A stretch of DNA of 64,000 nt from Octopus sinensis (lineage: Eukaryota): NCBI RefSeq assembly GCF_006345805.1, contig NC_042998.1, positions 173,910,001 to 173,974,000 of the forward strand, written 5' to 3'. Each line of letters begins with the position of its first letter. Position 1 is the first letter of the stretch. This document shows positions 25,859-40,400 of this stretch, one piece after another. Below the pieces are notes generated by a model. The model saw nothing but the letters and a program-made list of their open reading frames with translations. It searched no databases and was not told the origin of the DNA. The position numbers and the translations under genes were made by a program.

Positions 25859-27003
25859 GTTCATGTGTATATTGGTCTGGCACAGACGTTTCACATATGG
25901 CTTGCATTACAGGCATGAAATGTTTCAGTTTCGTGCAAATGTCTGGTGTAGACAGACATTTAAGCTAATCTTGAATGAGGAACTCTTTATGATTCGATTT
26001 CCACTTTGCTTAATGAAAGTTCAGACCTGAGAGATTTCGAGTGCTTCGTATAGTTACTCCCCCATTATGAATGATATCCATATTGTTTGTGAAGCAGAGA
26101 TCCAGAATTTTATTTGTCTTGGTTGGTTGGAGCGAAATTTTCTCCATGAATTAGTATTTGACAGGGACTCTATCTATGTTTGTTGGCAATGTGTCGTTTT
26201 TGAGACCATGAGACCCTCGGGCCATCTCACACGTATGTATATATAAGAATGTCTTTTCCTTTTTGAGACACCCAATTGCATTCGTTTAAATGGTGTGATC
26301 TTGTCAAATGTGGCCATTTGATAAAACTACATGACTAAAAAATCAGTAGATGAGTTCTAAAGGAATATAAAACAAGTGTTCTTTAATATCAAATACTGAG
26401 TAATAAATTCGAAATCTATCATCTAAGAAGTACAAGTACAACGCTTTTTATTCGCTACGTACAGGTCACACACGACCTATAGTAAAAAGAAAATAAGATA
26501 CAAACAATTGAACGATGCGTCACGCAGTGGAACCCAAACCATGTGGTTGGATGCTAAGACCTTAGCCGAAAATCCATGATTTCCTTTGATTCAACATATT
26601 ATAAACGTACGGTTCACATACATATCAAATGAATTACATTTCATCCTGTTCCATTTATATTAATCAAAATGACTCATAGTAAAATGAATGCATATAATTC
26701 AATGTTAGTAACACACCGGTTCTTTATCATTTATTGAAAGGATTGCGTATATCTTTGAAAAATCATATGCTCTGCGAGACTTGAGATAGCAATCTAGATT
26801 TATTTTATATATCTCATTTGATTTACCTTACTAACGTATTTGCGAAGCCTATGAAACATTATTTTCTGTTGCCATATAACTGAGGTCACGTATCTTCCTA
26901 TAAAATCGATATTAGAAACCTGTTATACGCTTTTCACGAATGATGGAAAACACTTAAGTCATTTCGTTAATGGACAAAATAGATAAACTGACACTCTCGC
27001 ACT

Positions 27004-27061
<58 letters not shown>

Positions 27062-27137
27062 ATATATATATATATATGTATATATATATAAATGTGTATA
27101 TATATATATATATGTATATATATATGTATATATATGC

Positions 27138-27169
<32 letters not shown>

Positions 27170-27181
27170 TATATATATATA

Positions 27182-27252
<71 letters not shown>

Positions 27253-28295
27253 TGTAGTATGTATGTGTATGTATATATGTATATTTCTTTTCCTCATTAC
27301 CTCTGCAGCATTAACTCTGTGTACATTCGTAAGACTGAGAACACCTTGTTTTGGCTAAGTATTGGGTGGCTTATCAAAAATATGATTTCCTATATGACTG
27401 AAATATTGATTTTTGTGATATTACATGAAGCCAAGTTATTCTATCAATTATCACATATACCATCAATTATCCTCTTTAGCTAGATGATCAACGGGTTATC
27501 ATATCCCCTTTTTACTCATTAAAGTAAGCTTAAAACCATTTGCACACTCAAAGTCCTAGCGAGAATGCAGAACTAAGAAGCCTCATCAACATTACCAGTA
27601 ACAGCAGCATCATTATCAAACTTTAACCGTAAAATTTATATTTCCAGTTATTAGTGGAGTAATTTTTATTTTATTACTAGCGATATAATTCTTATATTTC
27701 CCGTCAATATTCTATAAATTTACAGATAAATCGTAATAAATTGTCCAAAAACGTGTGACTTTTTCATTGGCAAAAACACTCGACTAATTATTGAAGTCGT
27801 TATGAAGCATCAAGTGTGTTTTTCAACCTTATTCATTTTCTCTTAACTCTCTCGTACACTCTTTCTTTCGTTCTAATGCAATTATATTTCCATCCTACTC
27901 AGCACTTCAATGTAATTCGCTTACACCAATACCTCTTACCCTAGCATGCTCTGGAAATGTGTATCAAAGCCAGCTTTCACAATTACTAAACAATCAATAA
28001 AGTCGAATAGCAAATTTGCAATCTGTACGAGATTTTGAATTCCCTGAACTAATTTCTTTAATCTCTTGAGAACATTCTGATGGACAGAGTTAATAGTCAT
28101 CGATTTCTGCTAATTCCAACATAGACTGCACTATTGGAGTTGGTAATAATTTCTCACCCCTTACGCCTCACAGACGCTGAGGTACTTGCTTTCCATCACA
28201 AAAATCAATTTATTTCATCAGTCCTAACGAAAACAGACGTTTTATATGTGGACATGCAGATTCAAACACATGCATATACACGGCTTCTCATGCCA

Positions 28296-28426
<131 letters not shown>

Positions 28427-28482
28427 GCGTGTGTTTGTGTGTGCAAGTGTGTGTATGTATGAGTGTATGTGTGGGTGTGCTT

Positions 28483-28538
<56 letters not shown>

Positions 28539-28583
28539 ATATACATACATAGATATATACATATATCTGTGTGTATATACATA

Positions 28584-28623
<40 letters not shown>

Positions 28624-29296
28624 TGTGTGTATACATATATGTATATATATATATGTATATGTGTGTGCGTTTGTAAATTTACTAATACATACATACATAC
28701 AAACATCTTTGTTTATTTGCATATATGTGTATCTATTTACGTATATATTTGTATATTATTCATACATACGTAATATATATATATATATATTATATATATA
28801 TATATATATATTTGTGTGTGTATATGTATATGCATATATATGTGTGTGTAGGTATGTATATGCATATATGTGCGTGTGTAGGTATGTATATGTATATATA
28901 TATATATATACACATATATATATATATATATATATGTATTCATATATGCTAGAGTGTGTATCTGTGGCGGCGTACGTGGGCGTATTCGACTGTGTGGGTG
29001 TGCATTAGGATTTCCGAATTGTGTCTGCATATCCCAGGTTTTCTAATTGTTTTGGATATTTGTTCAATACCGTTAAATATAGATATTGTCCTTGATAGCA
29101 TTCACCGGATAGAATGTCAGTCTCGATGGACTGGCATTTAATTTCCTAATATGTATGTGTGTGTGTGTGTGTGTGGTGTGTGTGTGTGTGTGAATATATA
29201 TATATATAAAGATGTATATACTCACACGCATGTAAATGTATATATATATATACATATATACATATAAACTTTACATATGTATATGTATAAATGTAT

Positions 29297-29331
<35 letters not shown>

Positions 29332-30419
29332 CATGTATATATATACATGTATATGTATGTATATTTGTATGCATTTATCTATGTATAATATACAAATATA
29401 TACATATATAAATACATACAGAAATAGATAGACAAAACTGTATGTGTGTATTCATATATCTACAAACACACATGCACACATATGTATACACACATATACA
29501 AAAACATACACACTAATAAACACACATAGACGTAAAACATATACCCCTGTCATGTATATTTGTGTGTGTAGGTACTTTGGTGAGTAGGTGTCATGTGTTG
29601 TGATAGTGAGATTTCCTTTTTTTTCCCCGTTTATTCTTGTATGTGTATCTGCGTCGGAAATTAGGATAGAAACGAAAGCCGGTCTTTATGTAAATTGCAA
29701 GAGAGAATGAGAGAGGAAGATTCTCTTAGTAATTCATGTGCAAGTAATTGATATTCTCGGAGAATCGCTGTTCTGTACATTGGCCAATGAATTCCTGTTT
29801 ACTTTAGAAAAGCTATTCAAATATGCTTCCCATTAAATGTTTATAAACGAAGAGTTGGTGTACTAGTGGAGCAGAATGTAACTTAAAGGTTTTGACAGAA
29901 GCCTACGTAATTTGTCTGCCAAAAAATTCTATAGCCATAATAGATGCTTAAATTTAGAGACAATTCTTTTTCTCTAAATGTTTTCCAGTATAATTCTAGT
30001 AGCGATTACAACGATACATTTTATTCCTTGTGACTTCTAGATTGTTGAAATTTCAAATCACAAGTACGATGTAAATATATAAACACATTAATGTATTTGT
30101 CTTGCAAGATTCTTGATGTGAAATCTTGTGTTTAAACATATATAGTTATATTTGAGGATGGTAATTTTTTTTCCAATTAACCACATATTCTTCACTTCAG
30201 ATATCTTAATCCTTATTTTAGTGTCCTTTCTGTAAAGCTTTTCATCATACATCCTGTGACATTTTCAGCGACTCTCCATCCCACATGCCTGCTTCTATTC
30301 TGTTTAGACCATTCTATTTTTCTGTGCTGTTTAAGTCTGTATCTGTGTGTGTTTGCGCGCGTGTGTGTGTGTGTCCATGCCTATGTAACATAGTGAATCT
30401 AGACAAACACGACCGTTGC

Positions 30420-31740
30420 TATTTCTCCCCCACTAGATCAGTAAGATCCCTACCTCATTGCCAAGAGGACCATCGAGAGGGATAGAACGGGTGGAGCAGA
30501 GCCATACGGAACCCTGAAAACTATGATCAGATGAGAAAAATGGTCGCACATGCGGTAGGTGCGAGTACTAAAATCTCACTTAACAGCCACATGTTCAAAG
30601 GGCCGATGTTAGTATCGCTGGCGATGTGGCTAAACTTCTTATGGTATGGTGGGACAGGAAACTTAAAGAACGATTAGCAGAGAGCTCCAAAGCAGTTAGT
30701 GGATATCAACATAGTGGCAAAAGCACCCCTATCAACTCGAAGCTAGAACTTTGTAGAGCATCCAGCATATAACTAACTCCATCCAGCAGAGAATTAAAGT
30801 AACACTAGATAACCCTAGCAAGCACCCTAAATTCAGACTACCTATCTTACACAAACAACTCTGATTGAAAACTAGGAATAATAAGGTCCTGATCCTTCAT
30901 TCCCTCTACGCCAAATCCATGGCTTCTAAGTACCTGGTCCACAAGAATGCAGCTATTGAGGCCAACATCAAGTTCAATATTCTAAGAGCAGGCTTGGTAA
31001 GAGTGATGATAAACGTGTCCCGCATGTGCGACCCAACGGAATTAGAAGGACACGTACAACCCTTCGTTCACCGCATGCAGTTCTCTGGCTACAGCCATAG
31101 GGACAGGACCAGAGTGTACAAAGGAACTAGGGCTAAGTAGAAGGCCATCATAGGTAGTATTGCAAATGGGGTCTGCTCGCTGTACAGCACAAAAACAACA
31201 AGAAGATAGACAAGGTCAATTCATGATATGACAACCAAAAATATCAACGTTATGTTCGTTGATGCTACCCTTGGCGGCGAACTAATATACCTTTTCAGAA
31301 AAACTTTAGATAAGATGAATCTACAGATTACAGTAGAAGAAAGGCCAAGAATCCCCATATATTTGAAGAACACAGCCATTTGAAAATATCCCATGTACGG
31401 ATAACAACTGTATAGTATGTAGGATGTACCCACACGTTAACTGTAAGATTAGGAATGCAGTCTATAGTATACGGTTTATTTAGGGGTAGTACAGAAACAA
31501 GAAACAACATACATTAAGAAGACAGCACTTTGAGTAGGCAATCGATTAGGTGAACACTGGAGGATGCTCAAGAGGAGAAAAGCTCGTCAGTGCTCTACCA
31601 ACATGTTCAATTAGAACACGGCGGCTCGATTAACAACACATATTTTAAGGTATTATCGGCGTATAGAACAGACGCTACACAGAGGTCAAACACACAGTAA
31701 TAGACAGACCGCCATCCGTGCATTATCAGAGGATGTACAG
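30420..31740 (+). pseudogene. Decayed Penelope-like element of a second lineage (RT, thumb, GIY-YIG)
   Basis: DVAKLLMVWWDRKLKERL; LYAKSMASKYLVHKNAA...KFNILRAGLVRVMINVS...FVHRMQFSGY; MFVDATLGGEL; downstream GIY-YIG-like remnants. Confidence 0.7.
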
Positions 31741-31899
31741 ATTACACAAACAACTCTGATTGAAAACTAGGAATAATAAGATCCTGAGCCTTCATTCTCA
31801 CTACGCCAAATCCATGGCTTCTAAATACCTGATCCACAAAAACTCAGCTATTGAGGCCAACATCCACCAGTGTTCACCTAACCGCTTACCTACAGATTA

Positions 31900-32320
31900 G
31901 CTCAGTTTAGTCCATTATCACTGAAGATTTGGGTATGACATGCGTGTCTGCCAAATTTATGGCAAAACTGCTTTCAGGTGACCAAAAGACATTCAGGTTT
32001 CAGTTGCACGAGATTTCCTTCAATGTGTCGAGAACTATGAAAACTTTTTGAAAACTTTGCGTAGGCCTCTGAGCAGGTATCGCAAAGCTTTTAGCAAAAT
32101 ATAATGCAGATTCTCTGCTCAACTTTCTCTGTCATGTTCAATGCAACGATCCTCCCTTCGTTCCAAGTACTGCTGTAAACAGTTGAAGTGAGCTAGAATG
32201 TTAAACCTTAGAGCGTATGCACAGCAGACTTCAAGCTCAATCTGTTCCAAGCGGCTGCACTCTGTGGGCTTTAGATTCGTTACTATTGCAACAATCCGGA
32301 TACTTATTGATTAAACAACG
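31900..32320 (+). mobile_element. Mariner-derived non-autonomous fragment
   Basis: SIITEDLGMTCVSAKFMAKLLSGDQK (resembles VSAKFVPKLLT.DQK). TIR-like end ccggatacttattgattaaacaacg-TA. Confidence 0.6.
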
Positions 32321-32747
32321 TATATTCCAGATGTTTTGAGACTTGTTGGAGATACAGTTATAACGCACTTAGGTTATTGTAATCTTGATATATCATTATT
32401 ATACATCTAATAAGCTGACCTGTCAACTTTTTATTTCACATTGAAGGAAACGGCTATAACAGCTTTTTGAATACATCCTACTAAACATTGCTTGTCACAG
32501 CTGAAAGAGATGTACTTCTTTGAAATTAATGTTTCTCCTGGAAAAGTCTCAAAAATTCTGGAATGCAGTTTGTATTTATATATATAATGTCGTGTTGCTT
32601 CGAACTTGTCCTATCCATTTGCCATTATATCTAATATATATATATATATATATATATAGATATATAGATAGATATATAGATATATAGATAGATAGATATA
32701 TAGATAGATAGATAATAGATAGATAGATAGATAGATAGGTAGGTAGG

Positions 32748-32788
<41 letters not shown>

Positions 32789-32789
32789 G

Positions 32790-32849
<60 letters not shown>

Positions 32850-33905
32850 TATGTACGTATGCACGTATGTACGTATGTATGTATGTATGTATGTATGTAT
32901 GTATGTATGTATGTATGTATGAATATATATACATATATCGTTGAATGCTCGAAATGAGGAGTAGATAGGCAGCCGACGGCTTACGAAGGGTCGTTCTTTG
33001 TGTTACTTGTCTTGTTTTCCATTTTTCTTTCGTTTGCATATTTAACTTGTTTGTTTTCATACTTCATGTTGTTTACCTCTCTTCTTTCACTTACTCTCCT
33101 GTGCACTCTCAGTACTTCTGTCTGTGTCTCTATACTCCTTTATGCCATTTCTACCTCACCTTTTCCTAAATTATGCAGTGGGCGCAGATCTGCGTGTGTA
33201 CGGATGTCAGTGCACGCACATTATCTACGTGTGTGCATACGAGAATGATTGGCGTATATTCTTAGAAAGATGGTAGTTTACAGAGAAAAGTTGGCTACCT
33301 CGAGTTAACGCACATCTGCGTATAAGAGAATTTACTGGTGTGTGTGTGTATGAGGGAGAGTGTTGTGTACGCAAAAAGATAGCCCAGAAAAGACACGTAA
33401 GATGGCTCCACCGAAGCATTGTCCTTTGCATATGTTTGAATACTTATTGTATTTTGATTCAATATTTCAGTCCCCATATTTTCTTGTAATACGCAGACGT
33501 AGCCCATACGTCTGATCTTCTGTAAACACTGTTGCCTGTAGTCTGGCGCTAGACATGAGAAGACAGGCTTCAGGAAGATCCAAATTCCAAAAGTTAAAAA
33601 TACTATATGAATCCGTAGATTTTTAATTCCGATATATAGCTACATGCATATACATATATACACGAGTAGCCTTCAATTTTTTTCCTGTCCATCGTGCTTT
33701 ATAACACCTTTCATAGATACACAATTATTTTTAACTTTATTTGCATTGAGATTTACCGTTAGTAAAAAGAAGTATTTGGCATTTTCTAAATATATATTCT
33801 AAATATAAATTCTCACTATATCAATTATATACAAACACACACACACAACCTCACATATAGACACACACACATATATAATTATATATATATATATATATAC
33901 AGAGG

Positions 33906-33937
<32 letters not shown>

Positions 33938-35179
33938 CAGACAGACAGACAGACACACAGACACACAGATAGAAGGTCATGCAGACAGACAGAGACAAAG
34001 ACACAGAGATGTGTATATATGTATGTGTATATGTATGTAAATACGCAAGCAGCGTGTATGTATGTATGTATGTATGTATGTATGTATGTATGTATGTATG
34101 TATGTATGTATGTATGTTTGTATGTATGTATGTATGTATGTATGTATGTATGTATGTATGTATGTTTGTATGTATGTATGTGTGTGTATGCATGCATGTA
34201 TAAAAGGATTCAGAAACAGAAACATGGAGGAATTAATTTATACTGTAAAGAAGAAACTGAATAGACTTCAACTTATCGGGTTTGGGTCCTTTATCAAGAG
34301 ACTGAATAAATTAATGCTACTACTCGTCAGAAGACGCCGAGCAACAGTATAAGGTTCCATGTCATTCTATATATGCCGGAAGTAAAAAAGCTGAACAATG
34401 TTTCGCTGCATAAAATTTATCCTTATCAGGAAAACAAAAAAATGTGCCTGAGTTCTGAATCACGTATAAACGATGATTTTTTTTTCTTCGTATATTTATT
34501 TAGTTTGCATATGCATTATTTCGTGATATGTTCTATCTTTGTGTGTATACGTATGTCTGTGTGTATTTGTGTGTAGATAACTATGTAAATCTCCAATAGT
34601 TTGAAGTTTCATCTTGTAGGTACATGAGAGAAGCTAAGGTTGCTGTCATTTTAGTGATATATTAATAAAAGTTAGTTTGGTTTCATTTGGGGATAGAAAC
34701 TGCTTCAATGTATTGGTTTTATATATATATATATATATATATCCAAAGAATCACCAAAACAACTCGAACAAAAGCGAAGAATGATTAATCTATACCGTAA
34801 GAAATAAAAGAAATAGACTTCAACGTTTCCGGCAGTGGCCTTTTATCAACAGAGAAAATAACTGAATATTCTGGATGCTGTCTCAGTAGATTTGGATTAT
34901 AATCCTTTGTCAAGAAGCAAAATAAAAGAATATCATGTAAGTTAATGCCTGGCGGAAGTAAAAGTGATGAATGGTGATTCTCAGCAGTAAGCATACTCCG
35001 GTAAAAGATAGAGTGGGAGAGTGAAATGATGAATGTGCACGTGTTTTTTATGTATGTGTCTTTTGTACTCGCAAGCATTTAATCGGGAATTTATTTAGTC
35101 TAAAATTCTGAATTTATAGACATGCATAGATCCCTATATATGTATACACATACACGCTCACACAAATACAAACGAGCAC

Positions 35180-35242
<63 letters not shown>

Positions 35243-36781
35243 CTCACATACACACACACACACACAAATATACACATGTATGCATACATATATTATGGTA
35301 TGTTTGTTCGTAATAGCAACGGTTTACACGTACAGAATAAAGCACTTAATACTTCAAGCTGTAGAATGTGTTATGCCATATTTCTTGATGATCAGTTTAT
35401 AGAATACATTCTGTTAGGTTGCATCTTAATCTGTTAGCAATTATTGAACATCACTGTATACGTCTAAATATGTATTCTTATTCTAGCGTATTGGAGTGGT
35501 GTGACATGATTGGAGATTTTCGCTTTGTCGTGCTCTTACCTTGACACGCTGTGAAACGTCACGACCTTGCTAAATATGCTTGAACGCCTACAAAATCACC
35601 CATGTCAATGTGCACACACAAATGTTTATAGCCGGGCACATACAATAAACTTACATATTACCGTTTTCGTTTACGCAAATGCTTAGATATAGAAATATTT
35701 TTAACACACACGATATGGAAGATGTGAAAGCATTACATGTGGTTGCTACGAGTAGAGAAACATACTGCTTATGGGAATTCAATCGATGAATGTGGGATAA
35801 ATTTTCTAAAGTTTACATAACGTTTGCATGTATGTGTGCGAGCTATATTTTTGTTTTTACTTTTGATTTGCTTATTGTTGCACAGTCATTCTGATCTTCT
35901 GCATTTTTCCGACGATGATTTGGAGTATCTGATTCATAGATTTCTTTACACAGGATTACATTACTCTTGGCTTATGTTACATCGTTCAATTCCCTAGGAG
36001 TACGTCGTTTGTGTACCTTTGATTAGGTATCATTTTATTTCACCCGTGGCTCTTTCACATTTCTTCTTCCTTCCTCACCTTCCTCCTTATTTTATCTTCT
36101 TCCCATCACGCATTCCTACACCTCCACCTCATCGCTTTCCTGACTTCGAAAAATACTTACTCTATCTCTTCCACTTCCGATCACTTCAGCCGTGTAACGA
36201 CACACGTGCTTTTCTCGAACTATTCTTTTTTCGTCTCTCCAAGCCTTTTATCTTTCTTCTTTCTAACTAAGAACCATGATCGAAATGTCAATCACTATTT
36301 TTTCCATCTCAACCTGAGCGTCAACCTAATACATTCATTGTGTACGTCTTGAACAAGGTTAGTCCTCAAGCGACAAGTGATCGTTCCTAATGCGAGAAAA
36401 CAACTCGCAAGCTTGTGTTTTGCTCTCGGCAGCGTGCTTGTAAGCTGTTTGAAGCAAAAGAACTGTTTTGGCCGGCGTTTTCCCCAGCAGAAAACAGAAC
36501 TTCACAGGAGGGAAGCATACTGTTCCTTCGTTTCAACGATCACAAAAATCGACGAACTGGGGAGAAGCACGGCAAAACAAAGACGCACTACGTAGCGGTA
36601 GTACTGATGCCTGAGTGTTGCATGAAGTGGCTTCTAGCGGCGCAAGCCTGAACTACGATGGGCTTGTCCTACAGAGAACGTTTCTGCTTACTTTTGGGTA
36701 CCTCACATACATATATATTTAAGCAAAAATGCTAGTTCTAAAATCTGTCTAAGAGATCAATGCAGTAGTTGTACAAACAAG

Positions 36782-37246
36782 TAATGTTCGTAACCACTTC
36801 AACATGGCTGTCAGTTCGAATGGACATTACTGCGATTTTGTAAGCTCAAGAGGACATATCTAGCTGGTTAACGAGATATTACGAGCAGGGGAGCGAACTC
36901 CAACCACCTTCTGATTAGTACAACTACTGTATTGATCTCTTAGAGAGACTTTACAACTGCCATTTTTATTTGTTGCACAAATATTGACTGTATGTTGCTT
37001 CAAATTATATATATTGCGAGCATCTCTAGCAGGCGAGGTGACCAGTACTGTGGAGAGGTAGAAACAACCCGAAACCAGGCTGGTCTGCTGGTCCCGTCGC
37101 TAGAAGGTGGTAGGGGGTCCCTCCCCTGCTCGCAATATCTCGGACGCAGGTGTTCATCGTTAACCAACTAGAGGAGATGTGCTCTTAGGGTTAAAAAGTC
37201 GCAGTAAAGTCCGTTTGAACAGACAGTCATGTTGAAGTGGCTACGA

Positions 37247-37252
<6 letters not shown>
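36782..37252 (+). mobile_element. Non-coding fold-back element with a central hammerhead
   Basis: 36782-36911 is an ~80% identical inverted copy of 37101-37252 (one 18-nt indel). HHR at 37040-37093. The right end abuts (TAA)n. Confidence 0.75.
37040..37093 (+). ncRNA. Type I hammerhead motif, core CUGUGGA, GUC cleavage triplet
   Basis: GACCAGUA-CUGUGGA-G(A)GGU-AGAAACA-ACCC-GAA-ACCAG-G-CUGGU-C-UGCUGGUC. Stem I is 8 bp, stem II is 4 bp with a bulge, stem III is 5 bp with a 1-nt loop. Confidence 0.75.
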
Positions 37253-37323
<71 letters not shown>

Positions 37324-37400
37324 AAGAAGAAGAAGAAGAAGAAGAAGAAGAAGAAGAAGAAGAAGAAGAAGAGAAGAAGAAGAAAAAGAAGAAGAAGAAG
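37250..37400. repeat. (TAA)n followed by (GAA)n microsatellite at the 5' junction of the Dong-like LINE
   Basis: Directly visible. Confidence 0.95.
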
Positions 37401-40400
37401 GTGAACACCGGGGACGTTTAAGATGTAAGAAGGAAAATTCAGAGCTCCGAAATCTATCCACAAACATCGAAAACAAGGACATCCTATGGAGCCAAAGTTT
37501 TACTAACAAAGAATTGGACTGTATCCGAGTAAGTAATACTAATTGAAATGTATTACTATTTTCGAAACGAAATGATGTATTTTGACTCGATATCATCTCC
37601 GCCTCTAACGCAACACATGTAAACATGCGTGGAACATCACGATCATCTCCGACCCCAAACACCATGTACAAAGGAACTACGAAGAAATTAAATGCCACCG
37701 ATACTATTCAACCCAAGAATAACAATCGAGCGGTACGTACATTAAACTTACAACAAAAAAATGTACGAAAAACTACACGTGCGAAATAATGTGACAACAG
37801 AAATAAACGGACCGGTACCCTACGAAAATGACGACCGTCAAAATAATGGGCAGGACGTTGTACCTCATGTCCCGCAAATAAAACCCAAAAGACGTAAATG
37901 GACACGTGAGGAATACATTTCTATCTTACACGCATACTTCACAGCAGTACTCTACCCAAAAAAATGAAAATACAACAACACATACATATAAAATATGGAA
38001 GGAAAATAATAGAGATATAGACTTGGATACAGCAATGAACCCTAATAAATTAGCTAACGTACGAAGATACATTCTCAACACAAAAAAATATCAGAAATAG
38101 AAATAGAACACCTAAAAGAAAACATACACCAGGAAAATGTAGATAGAAGCCACACAACAATGCCCAATAATATAAACACTGAAACTGTAAAACACGAAGA
38201 CAAATGCAACATTCCCAACAAACACGATGTAAACAACGAAGGGGAGCCTAATGATTATGATAATATAAAAAATAAAATAATCAAAGAACTGAAAACCACA
38301 GAGCTCAAAATGGACCACCGACCATACCTCCCAAGAATCAAAATAAACAAAATAACAACACCTATTATAAACAGCATAAACCTAGCCGTCACTGAACTGA
38401 TAGCCACTGAATAAAAAAAAAAGTGATATCACTTTAACCTAATATACGCAGCAGCCACTGCAGCCACAAAAGAAGCTGGATACTCACCCAAACCCGCCCA
38501 AACAGGAGTACCACCACCCAAACAAACCCTGTGGATAAATAACATCCAAAGCAAAATAAAAAAGATTAGAAAAGACCTGTCGATTCTTAATGAAATCAGC
38601 AAACAATCAACGCTACTGAGCAACAAAAAGAGAACAAAAATACTCCGCAAATATAACATCACAGAGAAAGATTTGCCTGAAATAAAAGAAAAGCTGAAGC
38701 AAGATATCCTTGCCAAAGCACAAAGGATCCGCCGGTACAAGAAACGCCAACGCTTCTTTGAAGAAAACAAAAAGTTCAACTCTAACCCCAAAAAGTTCTA
38801 CCAAGAACTGGGAAAAATTAAAATAGAAGTCACTGCAGCACCAACGGCAGAAGAATTGGAAGAATTCTGGGGAGAAATATGGTCGGCGAACGAACCACCA
38901 AAAAAAAGGAGTATCAGAATAACAAACTCGGCATCTGAATAACTTTGGACCCCCATAACAACGGAAGAGGTCACCCAGGCACTGCAAAGACTAAGCAACT
39001 GGAAGGCACCTGAACATGACAAGATCCCCAACTTCTGGTTGAAATATCTAACAGGAATGCACAAAAAGCTGGCTGAAAACTTTAACAAAGTACTAGCAGA
39101 GCCAGAGACAATGCCTGAATGGCTCACGAAGGGGAAAACCATCTTAATTCCCAAATCAAATGAAACAGAAAAACCAGAAAACTACAGACCAATAACCTGC
39201 CTCCCTACTATGTTCAAGGCATTTACTGCAGTGATATCACAAAGGCTGAACAAGCACCTGGACGAAAACAAACTGTTCCCAGAAGAGCAGAAAGGATGCC
39301 GCAAAGGCTCATATGGCTGTAAAGATCAACTAATGATTAATAAAACCATAACTGAAGACAGCCGCAGAAAGAAGAAAGGCCTCAGTATGGCCTGGATTGA
39401 CTACAAAAAGGCGTTTGATAGCATCCCCCACACATGGATCCTCGAAACACTAGCCATTAACAAAGTAGCACCAACAATCATAAAATTCATAGAGCACTCT
39501 ATGAATAAATGGCAAACAGTCCTACACCTCCAAACAAAAGAGGGACTCATGAAAACCAAAGACATCTCCATTAGAAGAGGAATATTCCAGGGAGACACGC
39601 TCTCTCCACTCCTTTTCTGCTTGGCACTGTCACCTCTATCTGATATGCTAAATAGAACTGGATGCGGATATAAATGTTACGGCAAAACGATCAGCCACCT
39701 TTTATATATGGATGACCTAAAACTATACGCTGCAAATGACAAACAGCTGGAAACACTATTAAAGACAGTTCATGGATTTACCAAAGAAATAGATATGAAA
39801 TTTGGATTAGAAAAATGCGCCAAAGTAACCATGAAAATAGGAAAACTAGTTAAGAGTAACAACATCACACTAGATAAAACCAATGAAATAAAAGAATTAG
39901 ACCAAAGCCAAACTTACAAATACTTAGGAATCCATGAACTAGATAAGACACAACACACACAAATGAAAGAGAAAATAAAAAAAGAATATTATAGACGAGT
40001 TAGATCAATACTAAACACAGAGCTCAATGCTAAAAACAAGATAATAGGTATCAACACTTTAGCTGTCCCAGTTATAAGTTACAGCTACAATATCCTTAAC
40101 TGGACACGAAATGAACTGACCGAAATAGATAGGAAAACAAGAAAAATAATGACAGGATCTAGGATGCATCACCCAAAATCTGACATAGAAAGACTATATA
40201 TACAACGTATAGAAGGTGGTAGAGGCCTTATACAGCTGGAAAACTACTATAAAATAACCACCATAGGACTGCAAAAATATCTACTTCAGAAGGAAGGAAA
40301 ACTGATCCAGATAGCGGCAAAACACGAGCAAAACAAAAAACTGTTCTCAGTATTTAAGGAAGCTGACAAATACAAACAAGAAATCATACCACTTAATAAA

